64,000 bases of DNA, taken from UHGV virus genome UHGV-1451962; one strand, given 5' to 3'. Within the stretch, counting starts at the first letter, position 1. Every line of letters begins with the position of its first letter. The DNA is from a virus. A program made the position numbers and the translations under genes. Positions 18,780-29,307 of this stretch are shown here, in pieces. The notes below the pieces were generated by a model, which was not told the DNA's origin, made no database searches, and was given only the letters and a program-made list of their open reading frames with translations.

Positions 18780-21506
18780 TTGGCAACTGGTATTTTTCCT
18801 CCATTGATAAATAGTTCGCAGCCTGCTTTTACTTATGATGTTTCTGACTATATTATTTATTTTACATTACCTGATTTGATGTCTTTAAGTAGTATAAAAC
18901 ATATTCAAATTAGATTAGTAAAACAAACTAATAACAGAACAATAGTAAATACTTCTATTTATCCAGATGGAATTATTTATAAATCGAAAGATGAAATTGG
19001 TCAAAAAGGCTCACAATATACTATTTCTATAAATTTACAAGATTTAGAATCTGGGTGGAGTGCTGGAGAATTATATAAGGTACAATTACGTTTTGGAATA
19101 AATACACTTTATAATTCAATATCAGATTTTGCTAATTGGAAAAAACAGCAAATAGAAAAAAGTGCATTTTCTGAATGGTCAACAGTTATGGCAATAAAGG
19201 CTATTAATGAACCAGTAATTGAAATAAAAAATGCTACTTCTGTGAAAGAAAGCGTTCAATCAGCAAAAAATCTTGAAACTTCTTTAACGCCACTGATTAT
19301 AGGAGCTTGCAATTTTGTTACAAGTAATAGAGAATCAGTAGATAAATATAAATTTATTTTATATAATTCACATGGTAATAAAATTGAAGATAGTGGTTGG
19401 TTACAACATAATGCTTCCGCAGATAATACAGATTCACATCGTTTTTCTACTGTTTTAGAAAATGGACAAGATTATAGTGTTATTTATCAAATTGTTTCAA
19501 TAAATGGCTATGAAATTAGTTCTGCACGATATAATTTTCAGGTAAGAGAGACATATTTAAGTCAATTAGTTGGAGTAACCCTTAATGTTGATGATTCAGA
19601 TATTTCATGTATAGAAAATGCTTGTTTAAAGATATATATAAATTCTGATTCTCCTTTAAGTGGTAACTATGTATTAATTAGAACTTCTGAAAAAAGTAAT
19701 TATACAATATGGGAAGATTTAAGTTATTTCTTATATTCTAACCATACTTTTGTTAATGAATTAATTTATACTGATTATACTATTGAAAATGGCATTAAAT
19801 ATAAATATGCTTTTCAACAAGAAAATAGTGCAAGATTGCGGACTTCTCCTTTATTTGAAATTGATAAGCCTGCCAGAGGAATTAATTTTGAACATAGTTA
19901 TTTATATAAAGATGGAGTTCAATTAAAATTAGAATATAACTTTGAGTTATCTAGTTTTAAACATAGTGTCTTAGAGTCAAAGAGTGATACATTGGGTTCT
20001 AAATATCCTACTATTTTCCGCAATGGTCATGCTTATTATGCAGAATTTCCTGTTTCAGGATTAATTTCTTTTCACATGGATGATGATAATACTTTTTTTG
20101 AACTTAAAAGAGATGGGTATTATTATAAAAATAAGTTGATTATTCCTTTTGATAATATTGAAGATACAAAAATAGATACTAATCTAACACATAGTAATAT
20201 TTTTATTGAAAAAATTTTTAGAGATAAAGTAGAAGAATTTTTAAATGATGGAAGTAGTAAATTATATAAATCTGCGACAGAAGGAAATATTATTATAAAT
20301 TTAATGAATATTTCTTTAAGTCCTGAAAAAACATTAAGTAGAATGATTTACAAATTTTCTGCTACTGCTTATGAAGTTGCGGATTTTAATTTAAGTAATT
20401 TAAATAATTTAAATATTATTGATATAGGTAATTTTGAAGAATTTTCTGCTGAAGAAACTGTAGATTTATTTGGTCAATTAAGTGGAATGTATATTGGCAC
20501 TTTAAGTTTAAATAATAACTTAAATACTGATAGACCCACAAGTATTATAAATAACAATACTAAAGAAAATCTTTTAGAAAAAATAAAAGAACAAGTTGAA
20601 TATAATGTTGGCGGTGGTTATAGATATAAATTTAATAATTTAACTTCAATTTGGGTAGAACAATATCCTGTATTAACTTTTGAAGCTGAATTAAGAGAAT
20701 TAAATGCGGAACGCGCAGATTTGGCGCATCAAGGATTATCAACAAAAGAAGTTGATGAAAAAATCGCTGAATATAATAAGTTAATTAATTTTATAACTAC
20801 TGAACAAACTTATCCTTTAATTACATTAGTTATTAATGGTAAAGATTTTTCTTTAGGCAAGAATAAAGTTTTTGTTTTACAAGATGTTTTTGATAATTTA
20901 TCTAATATCTATTTAAAATACAGTGGCCCTATTATTATAAATTATACTTGTAAAGTTACACAAGTGGAAGATATTTCTAAAACAGTTCAAGCTATTGAAA
21001 CTTCTTTAGTATGGGGTCAATTAGCTGGAATTTTTACTTCTACTGATAAAACTTTATTGAGTTATAACTTTAGATATAATGATATAAAGCAATATCAAAT
21101 TCCTGATATAAATGGGGATTATGATAATATTAATTTTGATTTATTTAAATCTGAGAATATTTTTGATATTGTTAAAGAAAAAAGTAGATTCCAAATAGAA
21201 GAAATTTATGATATAGAAAATGGTTTTTCTAATTATGATAAAGATACTGATACTTGGGATAATGGAACTATTTTTTATAATTTTACTGATATATTATCTA
21301 TGGAAATTGAAGCAGACCAAGGTAGTGTATTATTACTTGATAATAATGATGGTTCAACTACTCAAATTACGATTGGTACAACTGAAAAATATGTTTTGAA
21401 CCCTTCTGATACTTTAATAAAAGGTATTCGCTTTGAAAAACCTACTTATGCAATTATAAATTATAAATGTGCTACAATGCAAACTACTAAAAATGTTGGT
21501 GGATAA
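18780..21506 (+). CDS. virion structural protein, tail-tip/baseplate region (908 aa)
   Basis: TTG start preceded by the AAAGGAGTG SD. Large ORF in the tail module. No motif recognised. Confidence 0.55.
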   Translation: MATGIFPPLINSSQPAFTYDVSDYIIYFTLPDLMSLSSIKHIQIRLVKQTNNRTIVNTSIYPDGIIYKSKDEIGQKGSQYTISINLQDLESGWSAGELYKVQLRFGINTLYNSISDFANWKKQQIEKSAFSEWSTVMAIKAINEPVIEIKNATSVKESVQSAKNLETSLTPLIIGACNFVTSNRESVDKYKFILYNSHGNKIEDSGWLQHNASADNTDSHRFSTVLENGQDYSVIYQIVSINGYEISSARYNFQVRETYLSQLVGVTLNVDDSDISCIENACLKIYINSDSPLSGNYVLIRTSEKSNYTIWEDLSYFLYSNHTFVNELIYTDYTIENGIKYKYAFQQENSARLRTSPLFEIDKPARGINFEHSYLYKDGVQLKLEYNFELSSFKHSVLESKSDTLGSKYPTIFRNGHAYYAEFPVSGLISFHMDDDNTFFELKRDGYYYKNKLIIPFDNIEDTKIDTNLTHSNIFIEKIFRDKVEEFLNDGSSKLYKSATEGNIIINLMNISLSPEKTLSRMIYKFSATAYEVADFNLSNLNNLNIIDIGNFEEFSAEETVDLFGQLSGMYIGTLSLNNNLNTDRPTSIINNNTKENLLEKIKEQVEYNVGGGYRYKFNNLTSIWVEQYPVLTFEAELRELNAERADLAHQGLSTKEVDEKIAEYNKLINFITTEQTYPLITLVINGKDFSLGKNKVFVLQDVFDNLSNIYLKYSGPIIINYTCKVTQVEDISKTVQAIETSLVWGQLAGIFTSTDKTLLSYNFRYNDIKQYQIPDINGDYDNINFDLFKSENIFDIVKEKSRFQIEEIYDIENGFSNYDKDTDTWDNGTIFYNFTDILSMEIEADQGSVLLLDNNDGSTTQITIGTTEKYVLNPSDTLIKGIRFEKPTYAIINYKCATMQTTKNVGG

Positions 21507-21520
21507 AGAGGAGGAAGAAT

Positions 21521-23416
21521 ATGTTTGAATATCTTAAAGACTATGATTTTTTAAACAAGTTAGATAAATTGCGAGTTCGCGTTCAATATGCGAAACTTAT
21601 TCTTCTTTCTTTTGATGAAAAACCTATTAAAGAAATTCAAGGTAATATTACTGCCGGTTCATTGTCAATTAATGGTTCTTCCGCAATTAGAAGAACTATT
21701 AGCTTAACTATGTTAGCTAATTTAAATAATAATGATTTAACAAATTTAGATAATGATATTTCTTTAAATAAAAAAATTAAAATTTTAATTGGATATAATA
21801 ATCCTTTAAGAGAATATCAAAAATATGGAGAAATTATTTGGTTTCCTTGCGGGGTTTTTTTGGTTTCTACTGCTAGTATTACTAGAGCAACTGGTGGTTG
21901 GACTATCAGTATTTCTGGTAAAGATAAAATGGTAATGTTAGATGGCAGTGTAGGTGGAATGCTACCTGCTTCTGTTACTTTCCATGAATCATATGTGTAT
22001 AATAAGGATAAAACAGAAGCAGTAGTTAATTATCCTACTATTTACCAAATTATTCAAGAAACAGTTAATCATTGGGGAGAAGAGCCAATAAATAATATTT
22101 TTATTACAGATTTAGAGGAAACCGCAAAACTTTTAGTAAAATATATTGGAGAGCAACCTATATATCTAAGTAATAATTATTCTAGTTTAAGTTATACTCC
22201 TGGAGATACTTATCCTTATATGTTTATAAATGGGCAAGATATTGGATATAAAGAAACAGATTTTACTTATCCTGGAGAATTGATTTTAAAAGCTGGCGAT
22301 AGTGTAGTTACTTTATTAAATAAGATTTGCGATACTTTAGGTAATTTTGAATTTTTTTATGATATAGATGGACGTTTTATTTTTCAAGAAAAGAAAAATT
22401 ATTTAAATACTGGAAGTCCGCTATTAGATTTAAATATTGAAGATTATGTACAGAATTATTCAAATACAAAATATGCTTATAGTTTAACTGATTTAGATAA
22501 TATTACTTCTCTTGCTATTGCTCCAAAATATGATGAAATTAAAAATGATTTTATTGTATGGGGAAAAAGAAAAACAACAGATGGTGCAGAAATAGATATT
22601 CGTTATCATTTAGCTATTGATGCTAAACCAATTCTTAATTATTGTTTACAATATATGTGGGCTATTTATGAAAATGAAGTTTTATTAAGATACGAATTTA
22701 CTTATATAAATAATCCTCCTGTTAATGGTAAATTAATAGCTAGTCCTTGTAAAGAATGGCGAGAAGAATTATATAGACAAGCTTTAATTGCTTCCTTAAA
22801 TAATTTAACAAATAGTAATTATGATATGGAACTATTAGCTGAATGGCGTAATTTATATGACCCTGAAAATGCAGATTGGAAAGTAACAGATAATTGGAAT
22901 CCAAAAGTTTATTCTGACCCTAGAAATTTAAATTATTGGCTAGATTTTATAGATACTGGTACAGCAATTGGTAAATACTCAGTCAATATGATTGGACGTC
23001 GCACAAAAGTTATTAATAGTTCTGAAGTAACTTGTATATATAATACAGAAGTTCCTGATGTTATTTTTATGACCCAAGAACAATGGGAAAATGTAGAAAA
23101 AAGAAAATATTATGATTCTATTGGTCAAAAATATTTTAGAATTACTGATAATTATAAATCTATTTTTGCTAGTAGTTCTACTGGTTCTAGTGCTTTTGAT
23201 CAAATTCGAGAATTATTATATCAAAATTTAAGTTATAATACTCAAGTCACTATACAAGGAGTACCCAAGTATTATTTAGAACCAAATAATATTATTTATA
23301 TAGAAGATATGGAAAGTAATATTATAGGAAATTATGCGATTTCTCAAATTACTTTACCTTTAACTTATTCAGGCACAATGTCAATTACAGCTACAGAAGT
23401 GCTAACTAGAGTATAA
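21521..23416 (+). CDS. virion structural protein, tail-tip/baseplate region (631 aa)
   Basis: SD AGAGGAGGAAGAAT-ATG. The N-terminal ..GNITAGSLSINGSSAIRRTISLTM.. pattern recalls phage tail or baseplate component families (from memory). Confidence 0.55.
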   Translation: MFEYLKDYDFLNKLDKLRVRVQYAKLILLSFDEKPIKEIQGNITAGSLSINGSSAIRRTISLTMLANLNNNDLTNLDNDISLNKKIKILIGYNNPLREYQKYGEIIWFPCGVFLVSTASITRATGGWTISISGKDKMVMLDGSVGGMLPASVTFHESYVYNKDKTEAVVNYPTIYQIIQETVNHWGEEPINNIFITDLEETAKLLVKYIGEQPIYLSNNYSSLSYTPGDTYPYMFINGQDIGYKETDFTYPGELILKAGDSVVTLLNKICDTLGNFEFFYDIDGRFIFQEKKNYLNTGSPLLDLNIEDYVQNYSNTKYAYSLTDLDNITSLAIAPKYDEIKNDFIVWGKRKTTDGAEIDIRYHLAIDAKPILNYCLQYMWAIYENEVLLRYEFTYINNPPVNGKLIASPCKEWREELYRQALIASLNNLTNSNYDMELLAEWRNLYDPENADWKVTDNWNPKVYSDPRNLNYWLDFIDTGTAIGKYSVNMIGRRTKVINSSEVTCIYNTEVPDVIFMTQEQWENVEKRKYYDSIGQKYFRITDNYKSIFASSSTGSSAFDQIRELLYQNLSYNTQVTIQGVPKYYLEPNNIIYIEDMESNIIGNYAISQITLPLTYSGTMSITATEVLTRV

Positions 23417-23431
23417 GGAGGAATAAATTAA

Positions 23432-24040
23432 ATGGCGAATGTTGGTCAGATAATTTATAATTTAGAAGATTATAATTCTAGTGGCGGATATATTTCTACA
23501 GCTAATGGCAATACTACTCAAACTATTACTTCTGCTACTGATCCAGATTATGAAACTAATAAAATAGATATTTTTACTCGTAATCTAGTAGAAATTTATG
23601 CAAGTAAACAATTTTCTAAAGTAGGAATACAGGCTCCTCCTGGTACTAAATTAGTAATGAATACTAATAAAAATATTATGATAGGCCGCACAGGAGTTTA
23701 TGAGTTGGATGAAGATATTGCTATTACTGGATTATATTTTCTTCGCCCTAAAAATTACATATTAGATACTGAAACAACAGAAAAAAATCTTTCAGATGGT
23801 AAGAAAAAATTAGAAGCTGCGGAAACAGCTCGAAAAGTTTCTATGGCAGAGCTTGAAAAAAAATATCCTGAACATAATAATGCTTATTGGGCTGAATATA
23901 ATCAGATTCAGGCTGTGTATGATGAAGCTTACCGAGTGGCATTAGCGCAATATAATACTGGTATTAATGGTGTGTATAAACTTGACGCAGAAAATCCATA
24001 TAAAGATTTATATAATGTAATTATAGATTTTATTTATTAA
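23432..24040 (+). CDS. hypothetical tail-module protein (202 aa)
   Basis: SD AAGGAGGAATAAATTAA-ATG, tightly packed between tail genes. Confidence 0.55.
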   Translation: MANVGQIIYNLEDYNSSGGYISTANGNTTQTITSATDPDYETNKIDIFTRNLVEIYASKQFSKVGIQAPPGTKLVMNTNKNIMIGRTGVYELDEDIAITGLYFLRPKNYILDTETTEKNLSDGKKKLEAAETARKVSMAELEKKYPEHNNAYWAEYNQIQAVYDEAYRVALAQYNTGINGVYKLDAENPYKDLYNVIIDFIY

Positions 24041-24053
24041 GGAGGTGCTATAA

Positions 24054-26243
24054 TTGTTTAGTTTTTATGGTGGACAGCAAGGAAAAAACTTTGAGATAAA
24101 ACAAATATTTAAAAATAAAGTTGCTATGGTAGCCGATTTAGACAAAAGATGGCAATCTCCTATTGGAGTTGGAGAAATTGTAATGATTTCTTATGGCCTA
24201 CCTGGTGGAACTCCTGAACAACGAGCAATTTATGATGCTAATAAAAATGTAGATACCGCAAAATATAAAAGAGCTTATAACTCTACTCTTTGGCAAAAAA
24301 TTTTTACTGAAGAAGAACATGCGGGAGAAGAACCAATTAGAGGGATAGAAATTTTATATTTGTCAGACAAAAATTATGGTCTTGGTTATAAATTAATTAC
24401 TTCTTTAACTGGTGAAACTCCTAGAATTAAAATTATTTTGCCATCTACTGTTCTTAATGCAGACCAAGAACCAACAGTAGATGTAGATAATAACGATACA
24501 GATTTCCCTTCGGTTTTATTCAGTTTGCCACAAAGTCAAGTAATGGTTATGGCAGATTTAATTACCAAAAAACCTGGCGAAACTGTTATTCCTACATTAA
24601 ATTATAATGAAGATGATATTAATCATCCTATTATTACTTTTACTTTACCAGAGATGTGGGAATTTGAAATTGGAAATATTGAATATATTTCTGCGGATTC
24701 TGAGCCAAGGGCAACGATTACTTTGGACGAAGATAAACAAACAAAAAAATTGAATATGTGGTTGCCTAAAGGTTATGATTTTGCTCCTATTGATTTTAGC
24801 ACTTTAGAACCAGGTCAAACACCTGAATGTTCTTTGACCTATGATAATGACCACATAGTAACAATTCATTTAAAGATTCCACGCTCACAAAAATTCCGCA
24901 CTGATGTTATTACTAATCATTTAGCTCCTGCGGAATTACCAACAGTTGAAATCTCTGCTGATCCCGATAATCCGCAGTTTACTTTTAATTTGCCAGAATC
25001 AGCAGAATTTTTTTATGGAGATTTATTAGGACAATCAAAAGATATAACTTATTCTTTAGGTACTATTGTTCCTAACGCGAAGGTAGGAGATTATTATATA
25101 AATAAAGATACTGGTTTTATTTATTATATTAGTCAGATTACTGAAACTTCTACTACTTTTGTTTATTGTGCTTGTTTGGCTGGTAAAACTCCTGAAGTAC
25201 AAACTGATATAAAAGATCCGTTTACTGAATCAGGAGAAAGAGTAGACGTTAGTGTTGAGTCTAGTTATAAAGACCCTATTGAAAAAACTGGCCCTATTCA
25301 TAAATTTATTTTTCCAACAATTCCAAATATTACTTCTACTTATGAAGATGTTGGTTCCGCGGATCAAGGAACAGTAGAAAAAAGTATTGTTGGTACTGAT
25401 ACTATTAATTTTAAATTTATACTACCTAGCGGCGCACGTTGGTTTGTCGGCGATGAAGTGAATGATAATAAATTAAATACTGTTATTGAAGGCGCTCAAA
25501 ATGGAGACTATTACCTTTATTCTGTTGATGATATGACAGATGATTTTAGAGGTAATATATATTTATTTAATGGTACAGCTTGGACTAAAACCGATAAAAA
25601 CATAGAAGGCCCAGTTGGTAAAGCTCTTAATATTAAAAATTCATATACTTTCACTGAAGCAGATGGTGTTGATACACTTGAAAATATTGGAAATAAATTA
25701 AAAGCTTATTATCCTAATGGTATAAGTTCAGATGAAATTTTACAAGTGACTTATTCTTCTGTTGAAAATGGTGATACTGCATATTGGTATTATTATACAA
25801 ATAATACTTGGGGAAGAGCGCAATTAACTGGTGGTGTAGCCAGCTTATTACAAGATAAGTATGATATAGATAATAGCACTAATAAAACATATACAGCTAA
25901 TTATATTAATAATTTAATTGTTAATGAAATTTTAGCCGCGGATTTAGAGCGAAAAACCTATACCGCAAAAGCTATTAATGAGAAAAATGAAGCATTACAA
26001 ACAAAAATAAATGAAGTTGCAGCTTTAATCAGTGATGAACCTGCTGATAAAACAAAAGGTACTTACACTGCTAAAGTAATAGATAATTTAATTACTACTG
26101 TCGGCAATAGAATTAATTCCAATCCAGTAGATAAAGATAAAGAAACATATAATGCTAAAACTTTGGATACAAAAATAGAAGAAATTATTACCCAAATTAA
26201 TAGTATTAATACATGGGGTAGAATTTCAGATTTATTAAACTAA
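24054..26243 (+). CDS. tail fibre/spike-like protein (729 aa)
   Basis: TTG start with SD AAGGAGGTGCTATAA. The C-terminal 120 aa carry four spaced copies of a (K/G/E)TY(T/N)A(K/N) motif in helical context. A terminator follows. Confidence 0.5.
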   Translation: MFSFYGGQQGKNFEIKQIFKNKVAMVADLDKRWQSPIGVGEIVMISYGLPGGTPEQRAIYDANKNVDTAKYKRAYNSTLWQKIFTEEEHAGEEPIRGIEILYLSDKNYGLGYKLITSLTGETPRIKIILPSTVLNADQEPTVDVDNNDTDFPSVLFSLPQSQVMVMADLITKKPGETVIPTLNYNEDDINHPIITFTLPEMWEFEIGNIEYISADSEPRATITLDEDKQTKKLNMWLPKGYDFAPIDFSTLEPGQTPECSLTYDNDHIVTIHLKIPRSQKFRTDVITNHLAPAELPTVEISADPDNPQFTFNLPESAEFFYGDLLGQSKDITYSLGTIVPNAKVGDYYINKDTGFIYYISQITETSTTFVYCACLAGKTPEVQTDIKDPFTESGERVDVSVESSYKDPIEKTGPIHKFIFPTIPNITSTYEDVGSADQGTVEKSIVGTDTINFKFILPSGARWFVGDEVNDNKLNTVIEGAQNGDYYLYSVDDMTDDFRGNIYLFNGTAWTKTDKNIEGPVGKALNIKNSYTFTEADGVDTLENIGNKLKAYYPNGISSDEILQVTYSSVENGDTAYWYYYTNNTWGRAQLTGGVASLLQDKYDIDNSTNKTYTANYINNLIVNEILAADLERKTYTAKAINEKNEALQTKINEVAALISDEPADKTKGTYTAKVIDNLITTVGNRINSNPVDKDKETYNAKTLDTKIEEIITQINSINTWGRISDLLN

Positions 26244-26262
26244 AGAATAAGATATTCTTTTC

Positions 26263-26298
26263 TAAGGGGAAGATTTTATTCTTCCCCTTATGTTTTAT
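26263..26298 (+). terminator. intrinsic terminator
   Basis: TAAGGGGAAG (26263-26272) pairs with CTTCCCCTTA (26281-26290), then TGTTTTAT. Confidence 0.7.
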
Positions 26299-26313
26299 AT
26301 AAGGAGGAAAATT

Positions 26314-26916
26314 ATGGCTTTATTTAAAGTTTTTTATGGAACAGAAGCTGAGATGAATCAAGTCGCAGTAAAAGAGTCTTATGCTTATATCCTAGAAGAG
26401 AATGATTGTATGTATGTCGATTTTAATAATGCTAGACATAAATTAAATGCGGGATATGCAGAAAAACTTCGGAAATTTAATGCGGCTGGAGCAGTTGAAA
26501 TAGAAATTGATCCAGAAGAATTGGTTTTAAATTCTGATATTATTGATATAGAACATGGTGGCACTGGTGGCAAAACTGCGGCTGAAGCAAGAACTAATTT
26601 AGATGTTTATAGTAAAACAGAAGTAAGCGATAATATTAAAACTGCTACTGATAAGGTCACTTCTAAGGCTTATCCTGCTACATTGTCCGTAGGAGCTTGG
26701 ACATTAGATGGAGAAGTTTATAAAATGTCTTATTTAATTGAAACTTTGAAGTGTGGTGCTGATGGTACGGTTCCGCCAATTATTACTTACACCAACAATT
26801 TAGAAGAATATTCTAAAATTGAAAAGGCTACTGCTACTCCTGGTTTTGGAGTTACTTTCGAGATAAAAGAAAAACCTACTGATAGTATAGGTATTATTAT
26901 TGTAGATAATTGTTAA
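26314..26916 (+). CDS. short tail-fibre-like protein (start revised to the SD-proximal ATG)
   Basis: AAGGAGGAAAATT-ATG at 26314; the track start at 26290 has no SD. It contains ..IEHGGTGGKTAAEARTNLDVYSK.., a motif common near the N-termini of phage tail-fibre proteins (from memory). Confidence 0.55.
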   Translation: MALFKVFYGTEAEMNQVAVKESYAYILEENDCMYVDFNNARHKLNAGYAEKLRKFNAAGAVEIEIDPEELVLNSDIIDIEHGGTGGKTAAEARTNLDVYSKTEVSDNIKTATDKVTSKAYPATLSVGAWTLDGEVYKMSYLIETLKCGADGTVPPIITYTNNLEEYSKIEKATATPGFGVTFEIKEKPTDSIGIIIVDNC

Positions 26917-26926
26917 TAAAAATAAA

Positions 26927-26962
26927 ATGGGTAAGAGCTAAATGCTCTTACCCATTTTTTTG
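26927..26962. terminator. bidirectional intrinsic terminator between convergent units
   Basis: ATGGGTAAGAGC (26927-26938) pairs with GCTCTTACCCAT (26944-26955). It is flanked by an A-run on the left and a T-run on the right, so it can terminate both the + strand fibre gene and the - strand DGR-side operon. Confidence 0.8.
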
Positions 26963-26964
26963 TT

Positions 26965-27402
26965 TTATATAATATGATAATAAGGTTTTTCTTCATCAAA
27001 GATTTTCCATCTAAGAAAATCATCTAAAATAATTCCTATTAGACCTAGAATAAACCAAAGACAACTAAAAGATAAACATATTTGTCCTTTATAATTAAAA
27101 GGTAAATGTGAATAATCCCAAATATTAAGTTGTAATTGAATGTTTAAAATATATCCAAATAAAAATTCTAAACTTGTTATAATTGCGGTTCCAATTAATC
27201 CTTGAGCCAATAAAGACCAATTCCAAGGAATATTTTCATTTAAGCTACCTAAAATTAAAAAAGATAAACCGCCTAAGATAAACATTGACCAATGAGTATT
27301 TCCTGAATGTATATATGTTTTGTAAACAAATTCAATTAACCAGTAAATACTTCCGCCAATCAAAAATAATATAGAATTTCTAAAAAAAGAATTAATTTTC
27401 AT
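26965..27402 (-). CDS. polytopic membrane protein (about 4 TM helices), last gene of the DGR-side operon
   Basis: 145 aa with four long hydrophobic stretches: SILFLIGGSIYWLIEFVY, WSMFILGGLSFLILGSL, LLAQGLIGTAIITSLEFLFGYIL and ICLSFSCLWFILGLIGIIL. Its start overlaps the end of the upstream gene by 11 nt. Confidence 0.6.
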   Translation of the reverse strand: MKINSFFRNSILFLIGGSIYWLIEFVYKTYIHSGNTHWSMFILGGLSFLILGSLNENIPWNWSLLAQGLIGTAIITSLEFLFGYILNIQLQLNIWDYSHLPFNYKGQICLSFSCLWFILGLIGIILDDFLRWKIFDEEKPYYHII

Positions 27403-28051
27403 ATTTTAATTCTATGGCTTTAATTTCCTTATAATTTTTAGCAGTATAAATTTGTGTTTTATATTGTTGCATTTTTTTATAATAAGGATAAACAAAATCA
27501 GAAATAGCTAAAGCTAAAGCAGTCAAATTTTCAACTGTCCAAGATGTACATTCTTCTTGGCGAGCATGCCATTCTAATCTAGGATTCTCTGCTCCAGCCT
27601 GAACTGCCATAGAATATTGATTCATATTTAGGCTAATTTCTGATTGATCTTCTTCTGTAACTCCATATTGCTTTCCATCAATCCAAGTCAAAGGATTATT
27701 AATGAGGAAATTAGCGAAAGCTTTTTTATTTTCTTCTTGTTTCATTTTTTGATATTCTTCTAAAGAATAGTAATATGTTAATTCATTTTTTTCATTATCA
27801 TATTTATAAAAATTAGGTTCATAATCTTCTGGAATATTACCATCAAAAGATAAGATTCTTACTGCATCAATAGAACCTGTCATATCTGAATTAGCCAAAA
27901 TGAAATGGCTATTGCAATCTGAGCCTATTACTCCTGTAGCTTCACCTTCCGAGCAAGCAATGACAATACTTGGGTTGGATTGTAATTTGATGTAGCGGAT
28001 TTCCGCAAGGATATCGACTACTATATTTTCTCTATTGATTAATAAATACAT
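27392..28051 (-). CDS. hypothetical protein; C-terminus resembles DUF4376-type phage (fibre-associated) domains
   Basis: 219 aa. Its ATG overlaps the RT stop (TAATG). The C-terminal ..TWIDGKQYGVTEEDQSEISLNMNQYS..WTVENLTALALAISDFVYPYYKKMQQYKTQIYTAKNYKEIKAIEL pattern recalls DUF4376 (from memory). Confidence 0.4.
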   Translation of the reverse strand: MYLLINRENIVVDILAEIRYIKLQSNPSIVIACSEGEATGVIGSDCNSHFILANSDMTGSIDAVRILSFDGNIPEDYEPNFYKYDNEKNELTYYYSLEEYQKMKQEENKKAFANFLINNPLTWIDGKQYGVTEEDQSEISLNMNQYSMAVQAGAENPRLEWHARQEECTSWTVENLTALALAISDFVYPYYKKMQQYKTQIYTAKNYKEIKAIELKYEN

Positions 28052-29307
28052 TATAATATTTCAACTCCTTTAAATAATGAATGGAAATAATTATCAAGAT
28101 TTTGTATAATATAAAAAGTAGTACCTTTATTTATATGTTCTCTAAAACCTCGATATGATTCTTGAATTTCTATATCAGTTATTTTACCTTGTAGCCAAAG
28201 TTGGTGCATTTTTCTCATTTTTCTATATTGTCGCTTTATTTTCTTTTTAAATGGAGTTTGAATAATTTTATTCGTATTAGTTAAATAAAAATCCCATTTT
28301 AAATATTTAAATGGATTATGTTTATCCGAACGTCTTTTATGAGGATAATTATTTTTATCTAGTTTTATTGGACTAATTTTAATTATTTTAGTTTTTCTTT
28401 TGTTACATTTTAAATGTATTTTATTTAATTCATTTTCAATTTTATTAAGACATTCTTTTAAATAATCTTTGTCATTATGCAAAATATAAATATCGTCCAT
28501 ATAACGTCCATAATATTTTAAATGCAAATGCTCTTTTGCATAATGGTCAATTCCATTTAATGCCAATAAAGCTAATAATTGAGATGCTTGACTACCTAAA
28601 CCTAAACTTTTATGATTAAATTCATAATAAGTACAATTTTTATAAAATTGTTTAGGATAAATTATCTTATATTTTTGTTTTTTGATGATATAGTATTGTT
28701 TATTAGGAATAGGAACTGTATCTTTTGTGACTGAAAAACAAAAGGTATCAATAATATAATCAATTAATTTAAATACTCGTTTTTCTTTAATATAATGTTT
28801 TGCCATTTGCTTTAAAGAATTATGGTCTATTGAATCAAAAAATTTTTGAATATCAATTCTTAAACCATAAAAAGATTTTCCTAAACCATATGTTCTGTGC
28901 GCTGCTTGTAAATGTTTACGCACTTCTAGCAAAGCAAAATCAATTCCTTTTCCTTTTAATGTAGCACAATTATCATAAATAAATTTTGGAGTTAGTTCTG
29001 GAATAAGAACTTGCGAACATAATGTATTTTGTGCCAATCTGTCATAAATATGGCACGCTCTTATATCTCTGGGTTTGCCCCGCTCAATTATACTAAAACT
29101 GTTAAAAACTAATTGTTCATAACTGTCATTTTCTAATTGTTCTTTAAGCGTTAAGATGTTATTTAATCTATTTTCTTCAAAATTAACTGTACTATCTTTC
29201 CATCTTACGTTTCGGCAAATAGAATAAGAAGAATCATAAAAAGCGTCAAAATTACAAAAACGCTGGAAAAGATTTTCTTCTATAAAAAATTCTCCTTTTT
29301 TTATCAT
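28051..29307 (-). CDS. DGR-type reverse transcriptase
   Basis: 418 aa with the YMDD catalytic box (..YGRYMDDIYILHND..) and the SLGLGSQASQLL segment matching the G-x-x-x-S-Q signature of DGR RTs. RT motifs 1-2 are present (..ERGKPRDIRACHIYDRLAQ..). It lies 282 nt downstream of a TR that matches a VR. Confidence 0.9.
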   Translation of the reverse strand: MIKKGEFFIEENLFQRFCNFDAFYDSSYSICRNVRWKDSTVNFEENRLNNILTLKEQLENDSYEQLVFNSFSIIERGKPRDIRACHIYDRLAQNTLCSQVLIPELTPKFIYDNCATLKGKGIDFALLEVRKHLQAAHRTYGLGKSFYGLRIDIQKFFDSIDHNSLKQMAKHYIKEKRVFKLIDYIIDTFCFSVTKDTVPIPNKQYYIIKKQKYKIIYPKQFYKNCTYYEFNHKSLGLGSQASQLLALLALNGIDHYAKEHLHLKYYGRYMDDIYILHNDKDYLKECLNKIENELNKIHLKCNKRKTKIIKISPIKLDKNNYPHKRRSDKHNPFKYLKWDFYLTNTNKIIQTPFKKKIKRQYRKMRKMHQLWLQGKITDIEIQESYRGFREHINKGTTFYIIQNLDNYFHSLFKGVEIL

